Source: Mobula hypostoma (Eukaryota). Taken from it: a DNA stretch of 64,000 nt. The DNA lies in contig NC_086118.1 of NCBI RefSeq assembly GCF_963921235.1, positions 28,584,001-28,648,000 on the forward strand. The letters run 5' to 3'. The position numbers were made by a program, and so were the translations under genes. Within the stretch, counting starts at the first letter, position 1. Each line of letters opens with the position of its first letter. The notes beneath the pieces were generated by a model, which worked only from the letters and a program-made list of their open reading frames with translations, searched no databases and was not told the DNA's origin. Positions 40,112 to 52,665 of the stretch are shown here, piece after piece.

Positions 40112-40148
40112 CTTCTCAGTCTTTTGGCTAAGTGCAAGTGTAGTGTCT
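40112..40148 (+). pseudogene. U2 snRNA 5' fragment (nt ~5-41)
   Basis: CTTCTCAGTCTTTTGGCTAAGTGCAAGTGTAGTGTCT vs U2 CTTCTCGGCCTTTTGGCTAAGATCAAGTGTAGTATCT (32/37 by eye). Confidence 0.85.
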
Positions 40149-41369
40149 ACATGGACTGACTAGAAGTGGACCTCCATAGATGCCGACTTTGAGGGCAGAA
40201 GTCAAGAAGAATTCTCCATGATCAAGAGGTGCTGATGAGAGTTTAACCTGCTGACTTAGGGACGGATCCTCGTGTTGATTGGGAAATCAATCCAATGCTC
40301 GTTTCCAGCGATAAACATTCCAACTCAGTCAGCGTGACTGCATCGGCAGGAGGTCTGGGGATCTGAAACGCTGTCAGGGTGTCACTGAAGGATCCCAGTG
40401 GGGGAACCCTTTCAACTGTGATCACTTCGTTGGGAAATTCCTGCTGGAGTATTGCATGTTTAAGATAAAGGACATCATCTACGTCCTAAACTTCACCATT
40501 AGCAGCTCCTTTGAAGTCTTCAAGTATATGCCGGGTTGCAAAAGTTGATGCAGGATTTTTGAGAAGGGAAGCAAGGCACCGCTGTTGCTGCTGAAGACAC
40601 GGCCACTTTTCACGATCCTCACCCAGAGGAAGTGTGTGATCATGGAGCATATTTTCAACCTGCATATGCCTGCTGTGAACAAGCTCACCTTCCTGGCTCA
40701 TTATGCTGTGGGAGCAGGAAAACGTGTGGATGTCAAGGACACATTTGTGATTTGGGCAAGTAGTGCCAGATGAAGGTCAAGATGAGGGTAGATGCAAATA
40801 GCTCCATCATCCACCGGCCCTCAGTCTTTGTCATTAGAGGGAACTGCAATGACACAGAGTCTGCTGGTCAACCCAGCTGACCGTAACTGGAACGTGCCTG
40901 GATATGTGGTGTCCCAGTACATCTGCAAGTGCTCCAAGCAGAAAGGCCGTCAGACCATGAGCTGCAGGGAAAGCAAGTGTTGCCATCTGTGTGGGGATGC
41001 GGGGCATCTGTACAAAACCTGCTCAAAGTGTGAAGTACCTACGCTCAGGCAATCAGAGAGGGATCTGGCACAGGCTGACACACAGGCAGGGGGGACATGG
41101 GAGCTGGGTGTCAAGCTGCTGGCCTCAGAGACTACTGAGAAATTAAAGAGGGAGCATGCAGGCTGGAGAACCTTGAAGCCCTCTTCGATTGCCCTGTATG
41201 CTGGTGGGAACCAGCTCCAAGGACAACATCAAAGTTCTCATCCACTAAAATGGTTTAGAAACAAGGCAAGTAAGAGGGAGCTGCACAAACTCCAGGCAGA
41301 GATGCAGCAACTTTTGAAGTTGGGTGGGGGGGGGGGGTGGAGGGTGATGTTGTGGATGTGAGGGAGGAG

Positions 41370-42014
41370 TTATTATTATTAGATTATTAGATTAGATTAT
41401 GAGGACACGCAGTCCTCTTTTAATGTCATTTAGTAATGCATGCATTAAGAAATGATACAATATTCCTCCAGTGTGATATCACAGAAACACAAGACAGACC
41501 AAGACTGGAAGACTAACAAAAACCACATAATTATAGTTACAACAGTGCAAACAATACCATAACTTGATGAAGAACAGGCCATGGGCACAGTAAAAAAAAG
41601 AAGTTCAAAGTCTCTTGAAAGTCCCACATCTCACGCAGACGGGAGAAGGAAGAAAACTCTCCCTGCCATGCCCGACCACAGTCTGACTCTGAGTCGTCCG
41701 AAAACTTCGAGCCTCCGACCAGCCCTCCGACACCGAGTACCGAGCACCATCTCTGCCGAACGCTTCGACCCCAGCCCCGGTCGCCAGCAGCAGGCAAAGC
41801 CGGGGATTTTGGGGCCTTCCCTCCAGAGATTCTCAATCGCACAGTAGCAGCGGCAGCGAAGGGTTTTTCAGAAGTTTCTCCAGATGTTCCTCTGTGCTTC
41901 TCACGTCTGTCTCCATCAAATCAGAATTGTGCACGGCATCCTACTTACAAATACGATATCATTTCACCGGAAAGCTGCGCGCGCTGCATCGCGCTGCGAT
42001 CTTCTCCTCCCACC
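41370..42014 (-). mobile_element. Non-coding non-autonomous retroelement with short-repeat tail (probably Rex1/Babar-mobilised)
   Basis: Homologous end to end with 50731-51367; AGAGGACTGCGTGTCCTCATAATC(TAAT)n tail. Confidence 0.75.
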
Positions 42015-42989
42015 TTTCCGCTTTACACAAGGTAAAGGACTGACAAGGTCAGATTTTCATCTCTGCATCCTCCAAAATTAGCTTACAATGCAGGGTCTGC
42101 CCTGTGGAGCAGGATGAAACATGCTCACACTCCTTCCAAAAGGTTCACAGGGGGAATTCTGTGATCCACAACCTTAAGAAGAGGATGGTTCAGTAGCATC
42201 CTCCCAGAAGGACCTACTGAGGATCTGCAGATTCTTCTATTTCAGTCTGTATGACAGAAAGGCCATAGGCAGCACAGACTTCCAGAACTTCCTGTCCTCT
42301 TCCATGGAGATCTTTGAGGATAACAAGTGGGAGAATCTGGACCAGCCCATGGCCCTGGAACATAACTCCCACTATTGGCTGCCCCACCAAGGACTGTAGT
42401 AGGGACGAGACAGTCGCTCATCTCTTTGCATGCTGTGGTTTTTGCGAAGAGCGTGTGGAGAAATGTGCCTGGGCCTGTGTCACAGTTCATCCTGAGCAGC
42501 TGCGTTTTGGGTTTATGGGCTGTTCCCAGGAGCAAAATTAAGGACTGCTGCAAGACCATCAACCTGGTAAAAGACGCACTTTGGTCTGCGCAGAGCTTGC
42601 TGGTCTGCCAGCACATTGATGAACATTGCCGACATTCCAGGCTGCAGGAGTACATGCTTGGGACCCACTGGAGCTTTGTACAGCTACCGCAAGGGCACGG
42701 TGGGGGCAGACCACTGTATAGTGTTCTTCTGCTACTGGACATGGAGGGGCCGGGTTGAGTGAGGAAGTCCCTCATTTGATATAGTAGTGTACCGCTCCAG
42801 GGGGGCATATGAGTGGCAATAGAGCTACTGATTTTAAGAAAAGTAAATGAACACCACTTAACACATTGTCTATAAATGTAAGAATGGAACATTACTGTGT
42901 GGTTTATTCTTTATTTTGAAACAAGTTTATTTTGGTTAATATTTTTTCGACTGAACTCATGAATGCAAAATGGGATGACAAGTAAGACT

Positions 42990-43277
42990 TCATTTTACTT
43001 ATTTAGAGAGAATGCAGACCAGACTCTTGAGGCCCAACGAGTGGCACCACCCAGCAGCCTACCTACTTAACACTAGCCTAATCAGAGGACACTTTCCAAT
43101 GACAAATTAACCTCATGACTTGTATGTCTTTGGACTGTGGGAGGAAACCGGAGCGCCCAGCGAAAACCCACGAAGCTGACAAGGGGAACGCATATTCTCT
43201 TTAGAGACGGCGCCAGAATTGAACTCTGAACTCTAGTCTCCTCAACACCCCGATCTATAGTAGTGTTGCGCTAACCC
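42990..43277 (-). mobile_element. V-SINE / HE1-like SINE
   Basis: GGGAGGAAACCGGAGCGCCCAGCGAAAACCCACG V-domain; tRNA-like head. Confidence 0.75.
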
Positions 43278-43805
43278 CTATCTTTCCGTGGCTCCCCAAA
43301 CCTCTTGGTTTGGAAATTTTTTTATATTAACTTAAGCTAATAAAGGAACATGAGCTTGTGTGAAGATTTTGTGTAGTGATCTAATCAATCTATTAAGACT
43401 TTCCACATCCCTCCTGTTAAGCTGCTTTGTAAACATTCCCTCTTTGCCCAATCTTTAGGTGTTTTTTTTAAACTGTCTTAGACTAGATAATCATAGAATT
43501 GTTAACTCCTTATACTAAAGTTATAAGCACAGCATAAAACAATAAAACAAGACCAATTTTCAGAGTAATTGGGTTTTCCAGAAAATTTCCTACGACATCT
43601 GTGTGGGTCTCTTGGCAGCAGAATATGAAAAGAATAGTATTTTTGTGTAGGTGGGTGTGATGATTATGGGAACTGAGGAGTATTATACTGTGCTTGGAAT
43701 AGAATAGTTTAGAGTTAAGTTAAATGTTTGCTCTGAATTTGATCATATTGGAAATACCTGCTGATTTCCAAGCATTTTGTACTATGCTATTGTAAATATT
43801 ACCAT

Positions 43806-44280
43806 CACAAGAAAATCTGCAGATGCTTGAAATCCAAATAAACACACGCAAAATGCTGGAGGAACTCAGCAGGCCAGGCAATATCTATGGAAAAGAGAAA
43901 TCAATTGACGTTTCGGGCTAAGACCCTTCATGAGGACTGGAAAGGAAGAGAAGTCAGCATAAGAAAGCCGGGGGGGGGGGGGAGGAAGAAGTACCAGGTG
44001 GTGAGTGATAGGTGTAACAAGGGGTGGGGGTGAAGTAAAGAGTTGTGAAATTGATTGGTGAAAGAGATACAGGGCTGGAGAAGGGGGAATCAGATAGGAG
44101 AGGACAGAAGGCCATGGAAGAAAGGGAAGGGGGAGGAACACCAGAGGGAGGTGATGGGCAGGCAAGGAGATAAGGTGAGAGAAGGGATCAGGAATTGTGA
44201 AGGAGAAGAGGAGCATTTACTGGAAGTTCAAGAAATCGATGTTCATGCTCTCGGGTGTCAGAGTATTCAAAGATAAAAAC
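43806..44280 (-). mobile_element. Penelope 3' fragment; hammerhead core mutated (CTCATGA) at 43903-43938
   Basis: Homologous to 22848-23250. Confidence 0.82.
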
Positions 44281-46318
44281 AGGTTCTTTAGATGACATAT
44301 GTCACTGGGTTTCAGTTGGGTCTACATGAACAAGGTTTTAAGGTATGTCACAGAGTTCACCAGGATGAAAGCCAGCGTATTTGCCCAGCTACAACACAAA
44401 ATGTTTTTCGATGTTGTTTTGGTTTACTTTGTTCAGTAGGATAAATTGTAAACTAATTAATTGTATGTTGTGCAAAAATGGAAGTACCAATTTTGGCAGA
44501 GCTGCAATTAAACTGAAAATGCTCGAAACACTCAGCAGGTCCGGCTTGGATTCTGTCTACAGACCCTCCCACTGTTCTCGTGAAGCTCTATAGATAGTGG
44601 GGGGTAGTACCTCATCTTTTGGATAAGTATATTTTAGCTTTGCAGAATCAACACTGAGTTCCAATTTAAGTAAAAACTATTGGTTCCTTTTTTTTTCCCA
44701 GTCAACAGCTGCTGACAATCATTCAACGATTGCCCTCTGTACTTCTCCTTGAGCCTTTATCATCCTTAATTTGCTAAGCATCTGTTCAGCAATTTATCTT
44801 AGTTGATCTTTTCTTTCTTCTCTCTTCCCCTGCCGGAGTGCATGTATAAATAACAATTCCTTCTACAACATTTTCTAACTCTGATGGACAGACATTGATA
44901 AAAACTGTTAAAACATTTTACACTGAACATTTGATCCTCCTGGAGTGTTTATTTCAGCACTTTATACTTTCTTTACAGCTCTTTATATTACACCTTTCCA
45001 ATATGATCATCGTTTGGCTGTAAAAGCACAATTATTGGTTCAAAGCTATTCTAACTTTCTGTTTTTTTTGGTGGAATATTTTTCATATTAATGTTCAATA
45101 AAACTGCAAATTTATGATTTTCCTGGAGAGAAATATAATAAACTGAGAAATATGAACTATTTTATTTTCTTGTACAACCTTTGTAACGGTTGTAGAAGCA
45201 AATGGCATGAGCTGTCAATATATAATCAATAACCTGTAAATCATTCTGAAATAATTATTAGTTATATTTATTAAACTAAGTTTATTAGTTTATGCATTAT
45301 CAATTAGTAATCCTAATCAATTGATACTAAGATATATAATTATGATTCCCTCTGTGAGTTTGGAATATTTAACTCTCGACGCCCTCTTGTGTTCTTAACT
45401 GGAATGACGCAGGATATATATTTTAACTTGTTACAGATTTTCATTCGCTGGTCTATTGGGTTTTATTACTAGTTCAGGTTTATGATTTGAAAGCGTTTTT
45501 TGGTGTGTGTAGGAACGGCTAGCCTTCCAAGGGATATTTCCGAAAGATTTACTGAAGTTTGAACAAACTTAATTAATTTTGGTTGAGCTACTTTTTGGGG
45601 TTTTTTTTTGCTAAGGCCTTTACATGCTATCTTGCTCCCCTTCTCGCAGAGCAGTGACTCATTCCAGTGTTTCGCTTGCTTGAATGAGAAGGTTTGGGCT
45701 GTTATTACAGTTTGTGAAATTATTGCATAATTGGTTTGTTTATGTTGGAAGAGGAGAAACAGAAAAGGCGGAAAATCCACCATTTGGTGTTTCAGTTTCC
45801 ATTGTTACTAGCTCAGACACACAAGTGTATCAAATTGCTGCTTACATTGTCCTTTGTTTTTGGAATCTGCCTTCCTCTGGCATTTTCCTTTAGTACAATA
45901 TGACCAGTGTAACGTTAAGTCAGAAAGTACATACAGCAATAGGGGTGAAAGTAAGAAGGAGTCAGCTTTAATAGCGATGAGACAATATTGCTAAGAAATT
46001 GGAATAATCTTCATCCCTGTTCCGCAACACTTTTTGTGACAAATTCTCACCATTCAAAGTTAATGATTAGAAAACAGTTTAGATCGTTTTGATGAGAACT
46101 ATTTTTCACAAAACAAATGCCTTCTACTGCTGTAAATGATAAACATTGCCATTTGCAGCGTGATTTCCAAAAGGAACTGTATTTCCAAATCCAAGATCTT
46201 TTCCTAAAATTTCCTTGACAGCTATAAACTATCTTGCATATCAGCTGTTGGTGAAATAAAAATAAAGAGTTGTTCACTTCTTGCATTGTGGGTTGAATAT
46301 GACAATTGTATTTCATCA

Positions 46319-46408
46319 ACATACATCAAAGTTGCTGGTGAACGCAGCAGGCCAAGCAGCATCTATAGGAAGAGGTGCAGTCGACGTTTCAGGCCGAGAC
46401 CCTTCGTC
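46319..46408 (-). mobile_element. 90-bp Penelope terminal insertion truncated inside the hammerhead core
   Basis: 9-bp TSD ATTTCATCA at 46310-46318 and 46409-46417. Confidence 0.85.
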
Positions 46409-48138
46409 ATTTCATCATGCAATTTTAGCCCTAAAGATCTATAACTCAGAATCCCTTAAAAAAGTTTGTGCAGCACGAATTAAAGATGCACCCAGTCAAT
46501 TTTAGTCATTGGTTCTATGGTCATACATCATGACATTCTGAGCCAATAGTGGACCTCAGCGAAACCAATCAGATAATTTGCATAGTAGTGACCACGTTGA
46601 AGCTTTAACTTGAGTTTTCTAATCTCTCATGAAAATTCCAACAATTTTTCTTCAGTGATTCATGTAGACCCACAGTGATTTTAAATACTGCTATTAAATC
46701 TCTGCTTTAATCCCAGTCTATACAAGTAACTCCAGCCTGTCCAAATAACTGTGGTTCCTCATCCTTAAAAACATATTTGTGGTTGTTTTTGTAAAGTATT
46801 CAATCTCATTGCTTCAGCTAAGGCTGAATTAGGTGTTCTGCATGGGTTAAGTATTACTTCCTGGATTTTGCATTAGATATATTGACTTATAAAGTTCAAA
46901 ATCACAGATCTTAAATTGTCTTTAAAATGCAGTTAATAAAGAGAATCCACTCATCAAAATGATTCAGCCAAGCATACCTTCTGATTTCCCTCCCTTCTGT
47001 CCTCAGTGGAGCCACTATCCTGTTCAAAATTGACATAGTTTAAATCTCCCTTTATCACTGATGCATATGTCAGCAATTTCTTGGCAATTCTGTGCCACTG
47101 TCTCTTATCTGCTAAGAATATCTCCACCATGTGGCTAACTGATGCTTGTAAGGAAAGCAACCCGAAAAGCATTGTAGTATCAGATGGCAACAACAGCTGC
47201 ACATTACTGATAATGTCTGGAGACAACACTCCTAGGTTTGTGAGAACAGACATGGGGTAGGTAGGGAATAGGGCATATTGTGATTAAAGAGATTTGATCG
47301 AGAAAAAATGAATTAAAATATAATTTTTAGCAATCTTTTCCTTCAGAAAATACAGGTTATTTCCTCTGCAGACTGGAAAAGTGCAAAGCACAGCAAGAAT
47401 TTAAATGTATTTGTTTGATCTCTGGAAAATCTTTAATAATGAGAGAGTCACATTAAATGAGATGGTAGCTGGACATCGAATGCTAAATTTACGGTGTTAT
47501 GCCAAATCTATATGGAACACTAATTCTGAAGCAATTCTACAGCCGTGTGCACGGTAATAATTTTATGCACACTTAATCCTGAATTTTGTTCTACTATATA
47601 GCAATAATGAATCTGTATCGTGCCTGAGAAACCCATATGGATTGTTTATTTTTATACAATTATCTCAGTCTGTCAGTGCTGAAAAGTATATTCCATTTAC
47701 ATTGAATTAAAATCAATCGAGTTACTCAACAGTGGAAATATATAGCTTGACAGTTTCATCGTGCTACCGGGGGTAGGAGGTTGCAGTTAGCACATCAGAA
47801 ATTTGTAAAATAATTCCTTTAATTCCGAGGGATTTACGCAAAGACTGGCACATAAGTGGTTAAAAGGTGACACGATCAGACAATCTTTACAGATGGAAAA
47901 GTAAAGAGCTGAGTAGCTTCACAGGACTTGTGTCTTCTGCACAAACTTCACAAGGTTGCGCGGACCTCCAAGATATATCTGGAAATCGACATCAAAGAAA
48001 ATGGACAAATGATTATAAGCAAGATTATTAATGTATTTCCTGTAGTTTGAACACAAGTTAACAGACACAGATAGAATTCACATAAATCTGCACAGTAATT
48101 GGCTGAATCTTAATGAAAACCATTTTGTTTCTTTGCAG

Positions 48139-48234
48139 ATCAAAAATGACCTTCAGAAGCATGACATAGATGTTTATCCTCAAAAACAGTTTGATGAAGA
48201 TGCAGAGGATCGCCTATTAAATGACAAAATTAGA
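48139..48234 (+). CDS. SEPTIN9: Septin-9 exon F
   Basis: TTTGCAG acceptor, GTTGGT donor; IKNDLQKHDIDVYPQKQFDEDAEDRLLNDKIR. Confidence 0.92.
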
Positions 48235-50494
48235 GTTGGTAGAATTTATTTCTTCTAATACCCAAACATGCATTGCTCAGAAATGCCCTCCTGTTGCCTA
48301 TTTAAATGAATGCCTTTGTGATGTGACATTGATTATATTTGTTATTTTGTTTAGTTAACCAGTAGACCGCATAATTATTTCCCTTAAAATAAATGGTGAT
48401 CAAATACATTCATTTTGAATCTTAATGAAACCCCTTCAATAGGCATCATTTATTTGGCTAATGGTTGCCCATTTTGGGATATTGTATTTCACACTGACTC
48501 GATGAAGAAACCATTATTTATTTTGCTTCTGGTTACATCGCTTCTGGTGGCCTGAAAATTGCCTTCAGATGATGTTTTCATTTATAAGCAAATATACAAA
48601 TTAAATTCCATGTTTCCAGATTTAAGCACTGCTTGGGCAAGTATTTTATTCTCCGATCATGATAATTTATCTCACTTGTGTCCTGATTTGCCGTTATATC
48701 TAAAACAATGGTGAAGATTCTTCTTTACCTAGATGTTAAGGAAAGATCACTTTAATCTAGATTTAACCTAGAATTAACGGCAAAGCTGCCAACATTTGCT
48801 AATATCCATGTAAATGAAAGCAAATTTGGATTTTCAGATGCAGTTTAATGTAAAATCCTGCAACGATTCTCAGTGGCCCTGTGCAGTCAAGCTGAAATTA
48901 CTTCAAGGATATAAATTTTGGTGTCACTAAGTGGGAAATGCCCTGGGCCAGATCGTTCTGATTTTTGCCAATGATTATGGTGAGAACTGCCGGCACAAAT
49001 CTATTGAACTTGTAAATTCTAGGCATCTGCACATGACATAGAAACATAGGAATTCTGTACATGTTGACAGATTTGAATGGACAAATCATTAGTTCACCAC
49101 TGCTAGATATTAAGACGGTTTGTGCTGGGATTCCTCAGTATTACAGTGGGAAATATCCTCCGGGATCAATGCCAGAGCAAACCCAGGGCAAGGCCCGCGG
49201 TTCCATTAATCTTACTAAGAATAGGATAGTATGTAATAGAGACAGGTAAATACTGTATGTTTTTTCAAACAATTTATTTTGCTTTATTTTAATGTTTCCA
49301 ATTGTGCGTGTTTTTATGAATTTAACTTATTGCAATATCATTTGGAGATTTATATTAAAGGTACTGTAAATAAAATCAATAACCCCTTTCCCAGCCAGCA
49401 ATGCCCTGCCCCAGTGGTGTTTGCAATGGAGCCTCCTTTATAACCTACCAGAGCCCTGTCACTGTGCAGACTACCTATTGGAACCTGGGTTACAGAGGGT
49501 CTGTGAGGGATGTTCTTCCTAACCAGCCGAGGTCCCTGCTTCATTGGTGGACTACAGCTGGCAAGCTGGTATTTCAGGACGGGCAGTGGGAGGTGGGCAG
49601 GCAAGGGGGAGTAGTGAGTTTGAGTGCCTGACTGGATTGAGCATGATTCAACCCATTAAAAATCTTAGTGTGCACTTAAAACCTTAAAGTAACCAAGTCA
49701 TAAATTAAGCTTAAGAAAAAGAATTTTATACAAACGCATCAAATTTCCTTTGTTCACAATTATCTTAAAATATAAATAACTTAAAAATTAAAATATGTTA
49801 ATTTGTGATGTGAATTCTGATGATTTTTGCTCAATGCAATGTTTAAAAGTTATTAAAATAGTTTTCCTGTATAGTTCTGTGAGAGCATTAGCTGTGCAGT
49901 TGGCCTGATAGCATCATAGCTACTGGACCCCAGGGTTTGCATTTTGTGCGTTCTTTTCCCAAAGGAGAGGTTAGCCAAACAGTGAAAAGAGCAAGAAGTT
50001 TGCTCTTGAGCACGAAGTTAAAACTTTCCTTTTATTTTCCATCTTTAGAATGAGATTGTATACACTGTTGTGTATTTATGGTTGGTCAGCTACCGATATA
50101 ACCTCAGGAGTTTTTCCACTGCTAAATCTGTCCTCTTTACTTGTTAACCATTGTGTGTGACCACTTTGTATATGCATGATGCATGTAAGGAAGCTAATGC
50201 CAAAAGACATCTGCTGAAAGTGGGTGAGGAGAAGTTGAACCACTATCCACACTGAGTATGATTTGATCTTAGCTGAAAGGTCATAAAGTAAGCTTGTATC
50301 TTCAAGATTAAAGGGGAACAGGAACAAACATAAAATGAGACACTTTTAGAATCAGTGAGGAATCCATTGTTGACCTGAAGTAAATTTGTTATGAATGAAC
50401 TCTATTTTTTAAAAAAAGAAAGAAAGCAGACTAGCCATTAGGACAATTTCTGTTCAAGGACCTCGCTTTCATATTTCGCTTCCATATTATGCAG

Positions 50495-50591
50495 GAAATG
50501 GTGCCTTTTGCTGTGGTTGGAAGTAACCTTGAGTACCAGGTAAATGGAAGGAGAATTCTTGGCCGGAAAACAAAGTGGGGGACTATTGAAG
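50495..50591 (+). CDS. SEPTIN9: Septin-9 exon G (start of septin unique element)
   Basis: GCAG acceptor, GTAAC donor; EMVPFAVVGSNLEYQVNGRRILGRKTKWGTIE. Confidence 0.95.
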
Positions 50592-50730
50592 GTAACTCAT
50601 AACATAATTTTAACTAATTAAATTCAAAGTTTAGAATAACATATAGTGTTACAGTAAGGAAACTATTCTTTAAATCTTATCACCTGCACCAGTGATTTTC
50701 CTCAGATGAGTAATTTATTCTAATTCACTT

Positions 50731-51367
50731 ATTATTATGATTATGAGGACACGCAGTCCCCTTTTATTGTCATTTAGTAATGCATGCATTAAGAAATGAT
50801 AAAATGTTTTTCCAGAATGATATCACGAAAACACATGACAAACGGACTTAAAAACTGACATAAACCACATAATTATAACATATTGTTACAACAGTGCAAA
50901 ATAATACCATAATTTGATAAGAACAGACCATAGCACAGTAAAAGTCTCAAAGTCTCTCGGAAGTCCCATCATCTCACGCAGACGGTAAACCTCCAGCGCC
51001 GCCAACTTGTCCATGCAGCATCCGACCGCAGTCTGACTCCGAGTCCATCCGAAAACTCCGGGCCTCCGACCACCTCTTCGACACCGAGCACTGAGCACCA
51101 TCTCTGCCGAGCGTTCCAACCCCAGCTCCGGCAACAGGTGATACGCAAAGCCAACGATATGGGGCCTTCGTCTCTGGAGATTCTCGATCGCGCAGTAGCA
51201 GCGGCAGTGAAGCAGGCATTTCAGAAGTTACTCCAGATGTTCCTCTGTGCTTCTCATGGCTGTCTCCATCAAATCCGGATTGTGCACGGCCCCCGAGTTA
51301 CACATAATGGATATTCATTTGGAGCGGCCGCGTGCTCTGCGTCGCGCCGCCATCTTCTCCTCCCTCC
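50731..51367 (-). mobile_element. Non-autonomous retroelement, second copy of the 41370-42014 family
   Basis: Same tail and same 5' end GGAGGAGAAGATGGCGGCGCGACGCAG. Confidence 0.78.
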
Positions 51368-51402
51368 TTTACTTACTAAGTAATTTCAGGGTTCATCAAC
51401 AA

Positions 51403-51482
51403 ATTTATTTATTTATTTATTGCCGTACTGCGTGGAATAGGCCCTTACGCCTCTCGAGCCATGCCACCCAGCAATCCCCTCC
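51403..51482 (-). mobile_element. V-SINE 3' tail fragment
   Basis: (TTTA)n + GGAATAGGCCCTT..GAGCCATGCCACCCAGCAA, similar to ~43000-43060. Confidence 0.55.
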
Positions 51483-52665
51483 GCAGGTTTACTGTTCTTA
51501 AATGCATCACAAAATAGTTTTAATCCTAATCTTAAACTGGAAAATGATATTGTTTCATAGAATTTGAATTTGTGATATGGAAGTTTTGTGTGAAATTTTC
51601 AATTAAATGCGCCATGTGGAAAACTAGAATAATTTTTAGGGTTTAAAAGATAATTTTTTTAAAATCCTGTTATATAGAAATAGATTATAAAACACTGAGA
51701 ACTATGCAACATTCAAATTTCTCAGGACTTTGTGATTGAAAATCATTTTTGCCTGGAGTAGATCATGATTGCAGGCACTTTGAAGTTGCAGATTACCACT
51801 GGAAAATCTGACTGGACTCTTCCTAGCATCACTCAGTCTTGTGGCACTGACATAGTTGTTCCGTCAAGGGACAATATCAGTTCTGCAGTGCTGCAACCTT
51901 TCTGCAAGCATGGCAGTCAATCAATGCAGTTTACAACTGAAACTTGCTCATAAATTGCAGTATTTTCATTGCAATAATTTTGTCATTGCATACAGTACCA
52001 GGTCCTTTCCTTTACAATTAGTACTTTGCCCATTCACAAAAGACCTGCAGAAAAAGAAATGCTTTCATTGCAGATTTCAATGAATACAGAATGTCTGTCA
52101 AGGTGTTTTTTATTCCACAGTTTTCTGTGAAATCTCTGGTTGCTTAAGGCAAGCCAGTCATATGTATTCAGCTTATTGTCAATATGATTATAATTTTCTA
52201 TTTTTAAAAGAGTAAACAACTTGGCTTTACAAATGTCCACTCAGCAGCACATAATTGTTTATCTCAACCAGCTTATAAATTTTATTATGTGGGCAGTATT
52301 GAGAATTTGAGCTTCATTCAATTCATTTCAAAGTTTGGTTTAGTCAATGCCCTTATTCTAACTGAAGTCCCGTTGAAATACTTTGTAGAGAGAACCGTGC
52401 CTGCAGTGTTATCACTTCACGGAGCAGTGCTCATACTGGGCATTTTGGCTTTCCTCCGCTGTGGTATTGCCCATCAGAGCCCAAACACTCCTTGGAAAGA
52501 AAAAGAACAGAAAAGCTTGGATCAATAAAAAAAAACCTTTCATGATCTCAGTTTATCCCAAGGAATTTTTCCAACCAACAAAATATATCTTGAATTATAG
52601 TTGGTGTTACACTTTGAACTACAGCAACCAATATAAACAAAGCAAACTAAAATGTAATAATGACC

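Larger units (their letters stand above)
40108..42945 (+). mobile_element. Keno-like (Tx1 clade) LINE, internally deleted, with U2 snRNA 5' sequence at its head; interrupted at 41370-42014
   Basis: ORF1 zinc knuckles (KCCHLCGDAGHLYKTC); ORF2 remnants EEDGSVASSQKDLLRICRFFY and CCKTINLVKDALWSAQ..RLQEY; U2-like head. Confidence 0.75.

Noticed and set aside
40112..40148. Functional U2 snRNA gene
   Set aside because: Only ~37 nt with five substitutions; no Sm site or 3' domain follows.
49401..49631. 76-aa ATG ORF in a GC-rich block
   Set aside because: No recognisable motif or clear splice context; length is within chance expectation.
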